A DNA stretch of 42,678 nt from Trichosphaerium sp. ATCC 40318 (lineage: Eukaryota > Protista > Tubulinea). The position numbers and the translations under genes were made by a program. Shown here piece by piece: positions 14,012-26,110 of this stretch (position 1 is the stretch's first letter; each line of letters begins with the position of its first letter). The DNA is taken from assembly GCA_038496445.1 (NCBI GenBank), contig JALMLS010000337.1, positions 1-42,678 of the forward strand. Direction: 5' to 3'. Below the pieces are notes generated by a model, which was not told the DNA's origin, ran no database searches, and saw only the letters and a list, made by a program, of their open reading frames with translations.

Positions 14012-16871
14012 TTATATGAACATAGAGTTGGCTGATCCTTGACTGCCAGTAGACGCTGCATCATCCATTGACATATCAACTGATTGCACATTATTTTGTA
14101 AAGCTCTATTAGTTTGTTTCTTAACATACATTACTAAAACAACGAATAATATCAATCCAATAACAATAACTACAACAACAACACCAACAGCTATACCCCA
14201 TGTCTTACTACTATTTGAAACCTCATTGTCATCACATTCCTTAGATGTGACCATAACTTCCATATGCGTTGATTCAAGTACAGTTTCAAACTCTACAGAC
14301 TGGCATACATTATCCTTAATCTCTAATTGGACAATGGGAGATGTATTGCTCGCATTGCATAATCTGTCATACTTGACAAGTGTCAATGTATTGTTTTTTG
14401 GTGGTTCATCAATAGTGAACACTACTGGTACTGTAGCGTCATAACATCCAATGATGGTGATGTTGGCATTCGGTTCCAAGATGATTATACCTCCTCCACC
14501 TTGAATGAGATCACCTAAGTTAAATTTAATATCAGTATTGGAAAAATAATCCAAAAGTTGATTGTACCAACAACGATAACTGCCTTGGTGATGTTAATAA
14601 CATTAACGACAGTGCCATTTGTAAGTCCAAGAACTTTGTCAATTGAAGATGGAGTCTGTGTTGGAGCGTCACTTGGAGGTTCAGTTGTTGGTGATTCAGT
14701 TGTTGGTTCTGTCGTTGGAGGCGCAGTTGTTGGTGGTATAGTTGTGGGAGGTGGTATCCGGTAGTGCATGCCTTAACAAAACTAGCATTAATAATAATAG
14801 GATGCAGCACTTGTATAGTCACCTATGGTTGTTGGCGCATCTCCTCTCGGATTATTAAAATAATCTGTTTCATGTTCTGGAACGTGTTCACCAAGGAAGC
14901 TAAGAGGAGATGTAGGACTGATCTCAAAACCTTGATTCTCAATATCCATAAACTGAGGATCAAGTTCATAATTATCAGCACTTGCATTAACAGGTACATC
15001 ATCTGGTTCACCATAAAACCATTGAGTGAACACGTTGTTCCTGTAAGTGTAGTCTAAAACAACAAATTAGTATTCCAAACAAAGAAGATGTTTATAGTAC
15101 TTGAACCTAGCCATGGACCAACAAATGTCAGGTTACTATATTGTAGAAAAAGTTAAATGGTTGATAAGGAGTCAAAAAGTTTAAATACCTGTCGAAAATG
15201 TTGTTGATGAACTTAACTGCAAATTGCGATGGGGGGATGTTGCTTCAAAGATACCTGTTTTTAACAACAAGTTAGAATATGAATTTCGTTTTTTCTTACT
15301 GTTTGCATTGATCACCAAACTATTATCCATGTTCAATCTAGCATTAAACGGTGAAAAGACAAACACTGCAGTTGATAATTTATAGAGTGAGTTTATTGGG
15401 AAACCTTTGTATAAGCATCTGAAAATCATTTGTCAGTTTTTTCCTTTTATTTTCTTGGTACCTTGTAATGTAAATATCCTTACCAGTGCCGGCAACTAAA
15501 AATCCGTCAACAAGTTCAAATACACTGTCTGATATTATCTAAGCAAAGCTATAAGTCATCAACTCATTAATGATAAAGTTACAGACCAAACTTGCAGGGA
15601 CAGGTTCAACGTTTAAATCTACGTTTACAACCTCAACAGCATATCCATAGCATTCTTCAACTCTACAATTAGAAATTGTAGTATTTGCTAGATGAAATGA
15701 TGAAATAGCTACCAAATGTTAGTATTCTCTACAGAACCATTACAACAATGCGTACCAGCAGTGCTTGTAGTATCATTGTAAATTGCTATGAGTTCAAGTC
15801 AGCAAATGAAAAAGACACACTTTCCACTCACTTCGTCTGAGGGCAATACGGCGGAATATAACGTTATCAATAACCACTTGATTGCCATTAAAAAAACGAA
15901 CACCTTGAGCATATACATTAGATATTGAGCAATTACACAAGGTGACATTATCTCCACGTAATTCAAAGCCTTTCCCTACAATGAATGATATTGTGAGAAA
16001 ACTGGTACTTTTAAATGAGTGGTACCAATGCTTCCGAGGATGTTAATCCCGCTAATAATAACATTGTTCGAGTTTTGCAAAAGCTTCATTACAGCTGCTG
16101 CCATGTGTTCAACGTTCACTTGTGGTGTTTTTATATCTCCACCAGTGTACCGCAAGATCAAATCAACTTGTTGGCCTAAAAATCCAAGATGAGACAAACA
16201 ATCAATCACATAAATGTTAAGTGCAATCTCTCGTCTTTTTGTTCCAAAAGATACACTAGCGCAAGGAAGTCTAGCTTTCGGCTACACCAAAAGCCGAGAC
16301 TAAAAACAAATCAACCTTTCGACGGTTTGTTTAAACAGGTTTGCTAAAAATTGATTCTTAACAGGCGGACTCCGCTGAAAAGCTTGAATATAAAGGGCGC
16401 TTTGATACAATATTGTCTCAGGTGGAAAAAAAAAAGAAAACGTGATTGCACGTGCCCATGTAATTAGAAATAGTGATTGGTGAGCTACTATTTCCGTTTA
16501 AAACGAACGAGTTTAGCTGTATAGTATTTGTAGCGTTTAACTCGATTTCAGTAACGTGTTCGCCGCCAAGGAAGAATATTTGTTCAACACCTGTTGAATC
16601 ATTCGAAAGCACCGTTATAAGGTTTGCATACGATATGGCGCTATTTGGAGAAGTCAGTTAGTACATAAAAGAGCTGTAAGGAATGATACGCGCTCTTGAA
16701 ACCAAAAAATCTGTAATGTTGTTCTTGTGAGTTTAAAAGTAGAACGTACGTTTCAATAGAGCCGCCGTCGCCTCCTGTATCGTTTACTGCAACATAGTAC
16801 ACTGGAAGAGCTGATTTAACCATTACAATACAAGCAATGGCTAATACAGAGCGAATAAGCGCTGCAGACAT
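14012..16871 (-). CDS. Multi-exon type-I membrane/surface protein, copy B (tandem paralogue of 10009-13110)
   Basis: Near-identical N-terminal and C-terminal exons to copy A, shared ~90 bp upstream, diverged central exons. Confidence 0.75.
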
Positions 16872-17637
16872 TGTTTTCGGTACAATTTATGATGTTTAAG
16901 GCAAGAAACTCAAGCTAAGCAATTTAAACGCTCGTATACTACTCCGCACGCGTATAAATTATAAAGAACGTTTCTAGCCGAATCAATCGAACTTTATTTG
17001 ATGCTGACTTGTTCCCAGTCCAAATATTCTAAATTTCAAGACATGAGAACCAAGCTTCTTTGGTTGGTTGATATAGAAAGTTCAAATGCTAGTGGATTTT
17101 CGAAACGTGAGTGGTCTAATGAAAAAGAAAACCACCATTCATGTATGACACTGTAAAGCTTCAGCATAAATAAGTGACACATTAACATGTCAAAAAAAAC
17201 GGTGAATTCTCTAGAATTCGTTCATGAATATGACCACCGTGGCGGTTACAGGAGCTTAATGGTACCATTTTGTAACATTGTTAAGTGCAGTACTACGGAT
17301 TGTGATGGTTTACTGTGGCGGCAAAACAGTAGTGAATGGCGATGGCAAACAACTTCCAATAACAACTACTATCGTTTAGTAATTGGACGAATTGCCACTA
17401 AACCATTTGTAACTCTGCACGTTACATTCTGTTCTTATGCTCACGTAAGATATTCCATTACTGTATCCTTATCGATTACGTGAGCATAAAGGTTGCAGCG
17501 TTATTTCGGGTCAAATCTACAATTTATTTGGAAAATCAACCGCCTTCGAGAATTCGGGCATTTCAACAAAAATTCCACTAAATTTGGCTTGCTTGAAACA
17601 TAAACTAAACTCTAAGTATAACAAACAACTAATCAAC

Positions 17638-19221
17638 ATGGACGATGATGGTGCGGCTAACCACTTCTATAACTAATTACAGCGCCTTTTTTTTACTATC
17701 TTCTTAACCTCGTTTGCTTTAAAACCACTAAGTTTCTGTGGTTCACGCAACTTTAATTATAAAAACAAATCAGCGTTGCTCCGTAGAGCTATGAATGGTC
17801 TAGTACGCGCCTTTACAGTGTCGTACCACCCATTCCGACACTGTCTTTTTAATTGGGGTTGCTTTTATTCACTTCAAAAAAATAAAAACACGTGCGCGTT
17901 TGGTACTATTGTCACTAAGCATTTTTGGAGTAAAACAAAAAAAAACAAAAAGAACCTCCACTAAATTACTTTCACTGACTTTCTTCACCTAGTACAAGCC
18001 CTTGTAGTAGACAATGGATCTGGTATGTGCAAAGCCGGTTTTGCTGGTGATGATGCACCTCGTGCTGTCATCCCATCTATTGTCGGTCGCCCAAGACATC
18101 CTGATACTATTGTTGGTATGGAACTAAAAGACTCATGTGTTGGAGATGAGGCTCAATCAAAACGTGGTATCCTCACATTGAAATACCCAATTGAACGTGG
18201 TATTATCACCAACTGGGATGATATGGAGAAAATCTGGCATCACACCTTCTACAATGAACTCCGTGTCGCCCCAGAAGAGCATCCAGTTCTCCTTACTGAA
18301 GCGCCATTGACCACAAAAGCTAATAGGTATGCATTGACTTGTTTGAAAAGATGAATCATTTAATGTCTTGCAAATTGTTTTACTTAACTTTGTGTTAGAG
18401 AGAAGATGACCCAAATCATGTTTGAGACATTCAACACCCCAGCAATGTATGTGGCCATAGAGTCTGTGTTATCTTTGTTTCATTCTGGACGTACAACTGG
18501 TGCGTACTGGTTAGGCTGGCTTTGAATCTGACTTTTTTTTATAGGTATTGTCCTCGATTCTGGTGATGGTGTTACCCATGCAGTCCCAATTTATGAAAGT
18601 TATGCCCTTTCTCATGCTATCAAGCGATTTGATTTGGCTGGTCATGATCTCACTGATTACTTGATTCATATCCTCAAAGAATGTTGTTACTCTTTCACCA
18701 CAACAGCTGAACGTGAAATTGTACGAGATATCAAGGAGAAACTCTGCTATGTTGCTCTCGACTTTGAACAAGAGATGGGTACAGCCGCTTCATCTTCCTC
18801 CCTAGAGAAGTCCTATGAGCTACCAGACGGTCAAGTGATCACTATTGGCAATGAGCGTTTCAGATGCCCAGAAGCTCTCTTCCAACCTTCTTTCCTTGGT
18901 ATGGAATCTGCAGGCATACATGAGACAATACGCAACTCCATCATGAGGTGTGAAGTTGATATCCAAAAAGACTTGTATAGAAATGTTGTCCTTTCTGGCG
19001 GTTCGACGATGTTCACAGGTGTTGCTGACCGTATCCAAAAGGAGTTGGCAGCTAGAGTTTGTTCCACAACAAAGATCAAGATTATTGCTCCACATGAGAG
19101 ATACTCTGCGTGGGTTGGAGGATCTATGCTTGCCTCCCTATCCACTTTTGCAAATATGTGGCTATCCAAAGAAGAATATGATGAGTCTGGTCCATCTATC
19201 ATACACAGAAAGATGTTCTAA
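17638..19221 (+). CDS. act: Divergent actin copy 3 (exons 17638-17650, 17993-18326, 18399-18499, 18545-19221)
   Basis: Actin sequence with the same intron positions; open frame; one-codon deletion (PHERYS vs PPERKYS); ends HRKMF. Confidence 0.9.
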
Positions 19222-19843
19222 ACACTGTATTGTTAATAAACCTTCTTATCATTTATGTTACTTGTCTATACTCCATACACCTTATACCAGTTTGTATACT
19301 TATTACAATAAAGAAACAAGAAGACCAAACAAACTATCTGTGCACTACAATTACACTTGTAAACTGCTCAATACATTGTATTTCTCCGAGACCTCTTGTT
19401 GAACCTTTTTACATTCCCTTTTTTTTTCTCGCTTTGGGCACGTGGTAGTAAGCAAACTTTGACTTCTTTATCTAGATTACCTTTTATGAGTCACTCAATT
19501 ACTTAACTAGTAGCAAAGGACAGATGTTTAGAAAACGATCTAGGGTAACTATTCATCTTTTCAGTTTTTTTCACATGTTGCTTGAGAACCACTCTTTATC
19601 AGGTATAATTGCAATCGCCCTGTAAGTGGTTGCACTGTGCAAAATACCTTTTTGTCTACACTGTCGTTGCCTGAGAATATCTATAACGTCCTGTATAGGA
19701 TAAGAAATGAAGTAACTTTGAATGTGTCACGGTACCAAAGTAAGCGTGTCTGGTTAAGTTGTTCAATCAAATATTAGACACTACCTTAGTATTTATTATC
19801 CACCCAGCAGGCAGTGCTAACAGCTAGAAATTGATATTTCTAC

Positions 19844-21800
19844 ATGGAAGATGATGAATTAGATATACTTATGCCTCGAGACGTCGAAAAAGGCGATGGG
19901 GAGTCAGAACACGACGATACAATATCATTCTACGTTTGTTTGAATAGAAACCATCTCAAAACGCGTGTAAAGCATCGTGGGAGTATCACAGAGCTTAAAC
20001 AAGCTGTTTATGAAGCGACAGGATTAAAACCGTTCAGACAACTGTATCCGTCCTTTGATACATCAATTGGCGCCAACGTAAGTCATTTCAGTACAATAAC
20101 TCGTCATCGCTTATATTTGATTACCAAAACGGACCAATTCTGCAAAAAAAGCGAAATCCTAATTTGTTTGTTTTTAGGATTTACTGAGTTACGAGATGCT
20201 TGGTATCACAAATGGTTCAGTCTTGCTATTAACGGATGCTGTGCCACCACTTTCACCAGTACTACAAATGCTCATGTACGCTATACTCTTAACCTGCAAG
20301 TTCTTTATTTTTTTTTTTTTTGATCTACTTGCCATGTTTGATAGCGTTGTACATGACCTCCTGTTCTACCAAGCACAAAGTATACTTGTTTTTAATAAGA
20401 TCTCATTTAACGCTACTGCCTAGGTGTATTGATTTTGATATAGCACGAAATAAAAGCTTGACAGGCTTACTAACTGATCTGACTAAATTTACACTTGACA
20501 AAAAAGGTATTCCTCCTGAATGGAAAAGCGATGCTTTTAATTATGTGATATCCATTCAAACAAACGATTTGACATGTAAAAAATTCAACAAGTAAGTATC
20601 AGTGAACATTTCGCACCCTGTTATTACCCTAAATGGTCCTCTTTCTTCTTCATGTTTGATTTCAAAATTTGCTAATTTCCTATCCACAAAAGTGATGTGC
20701 TACAATCTAAGGAGGTAATCTCAATGTATGTAAAGCATAATATTAGAATGATATCTATCAAACTATCTGACCTGTTGCTGGATGCACCTGATCTACCTGT
20801 TTTTAATGACTTTCCTGTCATTATTATTGGACGAAGGGAATATCAATGTACAAGAATTCTCAAAATACATCAGGTATGTGTTGCATTCTCGACTCAACAT
20901 GCAAGGCAATAGCTAAATTGGAAGTGATTAATTCATTTTATCTAGGGATTCATGGCACTAAAAGACCTCGTATCTGCTATGGAATACATTGATATTGCGT
21001 CAAAGTTAGCCTCACCATCTTTAGCCATTGACCATTGTGAGAGCTTTATAAGAGTTGACAATAACATGCTTTACTCAACTCCTTTCAGTGACATAAAACG
21101 GAAACTTATAAAGACTGAGAGTATCTGTGGAGAAGGCATTAAATATCATTTAAATGACTTACAACCAGGTTCAACCTTTTCTATGTTCCTTACTAACTGT
21201 CAACTTGTAGAAATCATTGCTAATATTCTATCATACCTTGATTGCTTGTCATCAAAGTGTCTAAGAGTTGTATGTCATTCACTTTATGATGATGTGAAGA
21301 GTAATCTGTACAACTACCTTGGAGCAACATACAATATTGAACTATTTGGCAATGCTGTCTGTGTTGATACAAGGCTGATGGACACTGATGGTATAGAAAG
21401 TTTTGTAGATCTTCATAACCATAACCGAATCAAAAAGATTACTATTGGTGCTGTGGCTGTTATCCAACAGATAGCCAACAAACGGAGTAAACTATCGCCA
21501 ACCACATCACTAGATTATACTCCTATTTTTTTCACTTGCTATCATATCATTCATTCTGAGTACACTGCTACTTTGGTACTCACGGAAGGTTGTGCTATGT
21601 CAACACAGATTAAAGAGTTTGTTAAGGTTCTAGAAAAACACAAGTCAATACGGTTGATTGAAGTATACAACAGTCAATTTTCTGGAGCACTTGTTCTCAA
21701 GAAAATATGTCAAGAGTTGGGTTGTGTTGTATTCTTTTGTGGTCCTTGTCACTTGAATTCACCACCATCTCAATATCGTAGTAACAATTTATTTCGTTGA
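19844..21800 (+). CDS. Multi-exon protein with N-terminal ubiquitin-like domain and internal F-box-like motif
   Basis: Exon 1 (19844-20077) SITELKQAVYEATGLKPFRQ spliced to exon 2 (from 20178) DLLSYEMLGITNGSVLLL matches a Ubl pattern; last exon has LVEIIANILSYLD...LRVVCHSL. Middle exons approximate. Confidence 0.6.
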
Positions 21801-22314
21801 ACAATAAAAAAAAATTGTTACATTCGATATTCCATCTACACGTGCTAATAAAGAATAAGATATTGTCCGTTTCAGTCAAGTCAGTCAACGAGTTATTTCT
21901 TCATTTATTTTTCGCTCTCTGGAAGCACTTTATTTGTGTTGTAGTATCCATGGAGCACTTTTAATGAGAAAAATAAATGACTAAAAAACTAGGTGATTAA
22001 CTTTGACTGATACGGACAATACAGTAAGTATTTGTCAACGTAACATCACCAATGATGACAAGTTAATTTGCAATCTATTAGATATTAAGTAAGGTAGGAG
22101 CTTAATAAACGTTCCCGGAAAAACAGCTCCACGTGGACAGTATACTGGTTTTTTCAGATCAGTTGTCTATCTTTACAGAAAATGTTGTCCAGAAACGGAG
22201 GATTCTGGTTTATTCTAGTGCCAAAGGTAAGAAAACAAACAACAGTCGTATGCATATTGATTCTTTGTTTACTATAACTCTTATTCTTCGCTTATTATCC
22301 CATTTGTGTTCCGA

Positions 22315-24003
22315 GTTTTTTCGTGGTCAAAAACGTTATTGTGTTTTATTTAACGGTTGATATCATCATCATTAATAATAATGGCGTATAATGTTGTAGT
22401 ACAGCTAGTGTTTTTAATGTTGTGTGGGTTGTTTATCTACACAGAAGGCGCGAATTGGGCAGAAGCAGAATCTGAATGCTCTAGCTCAACAAGGTACGTC
22501 TCTTCGCTATCACGTGGACACTTTTTACGACGTTCCGTTTTTAATTAAAAAAGGTTTTTACGGGGTACAGTATTTGTTAATATCTATATCATAAAGGGGA
22601 TCTAATCTCATAGAAGTACTAGACAACGTGACATACAGCTTTTTACCTCAAGTTACTGGTCAAACTGATAAATATTGGTTGGGCGCAATGCTCATTGGAG
22701 ACCCTTCATTGTACTTGGGAAACTGTTCTAGATGCTACCCCGCGTGTCAAAATTGTTGCGATGCTTGTTATGTTGCGTTGTCTTCCTACTTTTGGATTTC
22801 AAGCAACGTATCTATGACTCAAACAGATCTGTTTGTAATTACAGCAGAAAATAACACAAAACTGTTTTTAGACATGTTTTTCGGCGTAGGCGAACCTACA
22901 TTCACGAACGGAAATCCCGAGAAGTGTCTGGAAATGACAGCAGAGGGTAAAACATGTGATTATCAATTCTTAAACAAACTAGAATTGTGTAATCGTTGAA
23001 ACTGTGTTTTTGATTTTTTTTACAGGGTTTAACGACTTGCCTTGTTCTCGACTGCTGACTGTTGTTCATTGTGAATCTGATATAACCACCCCAAAGATTG
23101 TAATGGAAGATACATATATTGTCAGTCAAACAATTAACTTCCTAGGTACGCTTTTGAGTAACATTCATTGGTGAATACCATTCGCTTTTTATTGCGTATT
23201 GTTTTGTCGCTCAGTATTTGTGTTCAGGAAACGTCACATTCGTTGATAACGTTATTATTGTAAACGAAGAGTCAAAGGTAGTAACTACTGGATGCTTAAC
23301 TTTTAATGGAAACGTCACAATAGATACCATTTCAGAACAAGTACGGTGATATCATTTTTTGTTCTTTCTTTTTTTTTGAGTTTTCTTTATTTTTAGATAC
23401 ACTTTTTGTGTTTATTATGAATTAGGTTAACTCATCGATTGATCTCTTTACATACAACAGCTTATGCTTAGTTTCTATCGATAACGTTACACTCTCTTCA
23501 AATGGCGCGTGCTTTATACAAGACAGTACGAAAACAATGAAAAGAAACAACTTTTTTTTTTGTTGTGCTTACAATAAGAATTCAGGTGTGCAAGGTACAC
23601 TTTCTATTTTCTTTGGACCAAAATGCACTCAATCAAAGGTGGGAGATGCGTCGTTCCCTGTATTTGTTATCATAATCGTTGTGCTTATTGTGTTATTACT
23701 TATCATCCTGACTTTACTTTTTTTTCTTGTACCTTCTTTGAGACAACGTATATTTCCTTACTCTCTCCCAAAACAAACTTTTAAGGCGTCTGTATCACCA
23801 AGCTAATAAAAACCGCATTTTGCTTTAATATACAACAACTTCAGGCTGGACCTTTCGTTCTAATGCAATCGAGTATAACTCTATTTTCTGATATTCACTT
23901 TATGTAATGAACAAGCACGTGTTCCTCCTGTAAGATGCAAACTTTTCATATTTTGATCATATTTATTGTTCGTTGGCTACGTTAAGTTCAATGAAGTAGC
24001 CAT
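22315..24003 (+). repeat. Left arm of ~1.7-kb inverted segmental duplication (partner 38890-40606)
   Basis: Colinear reverse-complement similarity across upstream region, exons, introns and 3' flank. Confidence 0.9.
22381..23806 (+). CDS. C-type lectin-like domain type-I membrane protein, copy 1 (6 exons)
   Basis: Signal peptide; WAEAESEC...YWLG...GEPTFTNGNPEKC...FNDLPC...HCE CTLD pattern; C-terminal TM (VFVIIIVVLIVLLLIILTLLFFLV); splices to an open frame. Confidence 0.8.
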
Positions 24004-24063
24004 CCAGACCGTCGTGTCAATAAACTGACTTAACATTAAAAAAACATGTCTTAACAATTAATC

Positions 24064-24501
24064 TTAGTTGTAGTACTCCTTGCGCAATTGTCCATTTGGG
24101 TAATACTCCCTGTACAGTCCTTTCATGACACCATTTACAATTCGTGTAGTTTTATGTAATTGTCCACTTGGAAACCACTCTTTCAATTCTCCATTCCCAG
24201 TAGTTACAATAGAAGACATAACACCATTACAATGCCAAGTTTTTGTAACACCCTCATCTTTTCCATCAACTTTATGACTTTCAACAGCTAATTGACCATT
24301 CAAGTGCCACTCTCTATACAACCCATCAAATGCACCATTAACTATAGAACATTCAGAACGAATATTACCATTACAGTGCCACTGTCTGAAAACACCTTTG
24401 ATTAAACTTGTGATATGTTGTTTCAAAGTTCCATTTTGAAACCACTCTTTGCTTTCACCTTCTTCATCTGTATGCCATTCTTCCACTATCTGACCACTGT
24501 T
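24064..24501 (-). pseudogene. MORN-variant repeat gene, 3' half (disrupted by LINE insertion)
   Basis: EWHxNGQL/GxYREYYPNGQL repeats; joins 38402+ in frame as ...RVWDNSGQIV|EEWHTDEEG... once the insertion is removed. Confidence 0.9.
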
Positions 24502-24837
24502 TTTTTTTTTTTTAGAATAAGAGGCAGCGCGCTAGCGCCTACTTTATTACATATAGATTTGTTACATTGTATTGGTTACATAATTTAGATAAATTTAAAA
24601 ATAAATTCATTGTGCAATAAGTTCCTTCTCAACAGTATACTGACTCAATATATAGATAAAATCATTAGGTGTGAATAAGAAAATGATTAAACGGAAAGAG
24701 AAAAAGAAAGAAAAAAGGGGGGTTGGGGGGGAATTAAAAACATAACCTTCGAGGGCCTATAGGGGCAAAATAGTTGGAGGGCCTATAGGGGCAAATTAGT
24801 TCGAGGACCTATAGGGGTGAAATCAAATGTTTATTAT

Positions 24838-25508
24838 TTAGAGCAAACATTTTGGAAGTACAATGTCTTTGAACTTGTGGCCACTACAACTGCCATTGAT
24901 GACACACATGTTTCTCTCATTGTTGATACTACTCGGTTCAAAGGTCATATGCTTAGCGTCAATGCATTCTTTTTCATGGCAGCGGTGGCTGAGGTCAACA
25001 ATGCTTCTACTCAAGCCAGACCAAACAACATATTTTTCATCACCTAAAAAACCTTCCTGCTCAGTATAAACAGTGATTCCAGCCACACAGTATCTTGCCA
25101 AATGCCCTGTCTTGAAATACTTGCCACCAATCTTGGCCCTGGGATAGCCGGAACAGTCTAGTTTCTTGTTTGCAGTGAGTACTAGACATCCACTATCTAA
25201 ATGAGTAAAAGTAATTAGTCAAACTTATTAAATCATTCGAGGTCCTATAGGGTCTAAAAAAAGATGATACCTGTTCTCTCTGCATTCCTCATCAACAATG
25301 CAAACTTAAGCCTAGCAAGTTCAAGAGGTACAACTCTCAAGTCATTGGCCAAGGGGCGGTGTTGGTAAGTGTACACTGGCTTTTTAAAAAGCAAACTTCT
25401 TCTTTCCATGATTTCCCGCAAACCTAGCTTGGTTCCTTCATAAGCATACTTTCTTGGCATGCACATGAGAGTTGGTAATTGTTCAAGAAGAGATCCCGGA
25501 TTGTCCAT
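24838..25508 (-). CDS. His-Cys box / His-Me finger endonuclease (I-PpoI-like, zf-His_Me_endon type), 198 aa, 2 exons (25508-25271, 25196-24838)
   Basis: 74-nt GT-AG intron (25270-25197, branch-like gactaat) joins two ORF-track fragments in frame: ...AERTDSGCLVL...SGYPRAK...GHLARY...DLSHRCHEKECIDAKHMTFEPSSINNERNMCVINGSCSGHKFKDIVLPKCLL. Spacing matches SHxCHxxxCxxxxHxxxExxxxNxxRxxC. Confidence 0.85.
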
Positions 25509-25644
25509 GTTGAGTTACTGTGTTGGGTGTGGTGTTTGTAGCTTTGTGAAGTGTACACAGTGTACTTAATCTACATTTTGTTACCATAACCAAAAACCAC
25601 GTGGTTTTTTTACAATAAACGTTTTATTTGTGCACAATTCAGCG

Positions 25645-25652
25645 CTTTTATA
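25645..25652 (-). promoter_or_regulatory. Candidate TATA box (TATAAAAG) for the His-Me endonuclease gene
   Basis: About 140 bp upstream of the ATG, whose context tcaacATGG is identical to that of the actin genes. Confidence 0.35.
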
Positions 25653-25904
25653 ATAAATACAGGATTTACGGGCTTTTGGGGCATAAGGGGGTAAAAAAAG
25701 TAAAAGTGCACGTGTTATGTGCGTTTAAAGTGCTTCGAGGACCTATAGGGGTAGAAAACAGTTTAAAAGCCCTATTGGTAAATAGTATAATGCTTTGAGG
25801 CCCTATAGTAATGTTTCGAGGTCCTATAGGGTAAAAAAAACAAGATTACGGTATTTGGTTTCAATGAACTATCCAAAAGTACAAAGTACACGTGTTATTC
25901 TAAA

Positions 25905-26110
25905 TTTAGTACACTGCCAATGGTGATGAGTAAAAACCCTTCGAGGGTCCCCCCCAAGAAAGAAAACCATTTTACATTTAGTACGCTGCCAATGGTGATG
26001 AGTAAAAATGCTTCGAGGGTCCCCCCCAAGAAAGAAAACCATTTTACATTTAGTACGCTGCCAATGGTGATGAGTAAAAATGCTTCGAGGGTCCCCCCCA
26101 AGAAAGAAAA
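25905..26110. repeat. 72-bp tandem repeat, ~2.9 copies, each with a TTCGAGGGTCCCCCC variant of the motif
   Basis: Unit tttagtacgctgccaatggtgatgagtaaaaatgcttcgagggtccccccaagaaagaaaaccattttaca repeated directly. Confidence 0.92.

Larger units (their letters stand above)
24748..25831 (+). repeat. Dispersed same-orientation motif TTCGAGGNCCTATAGGG
   Basis: Copies start at 24748, 24774, 24800 (26-bp period), 25236 (inside the nuclease intron), 25734, 25794, 25815; palindromic core CCTATAGG. Confidence 0.9.

Noticed and set aside
24838-25508. Group I intron hosting the His-Cys box endonuclease
   Set aside because: No rRNA exon sequence nearby and no recognisable group I core; not excluded without an Infernal search.
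25905-26110. CRISPR-like array
   Set aside because: Units are contiguous 72-bp near-identical repeats with no unique spacers; eukaryotic context; no cas genes.
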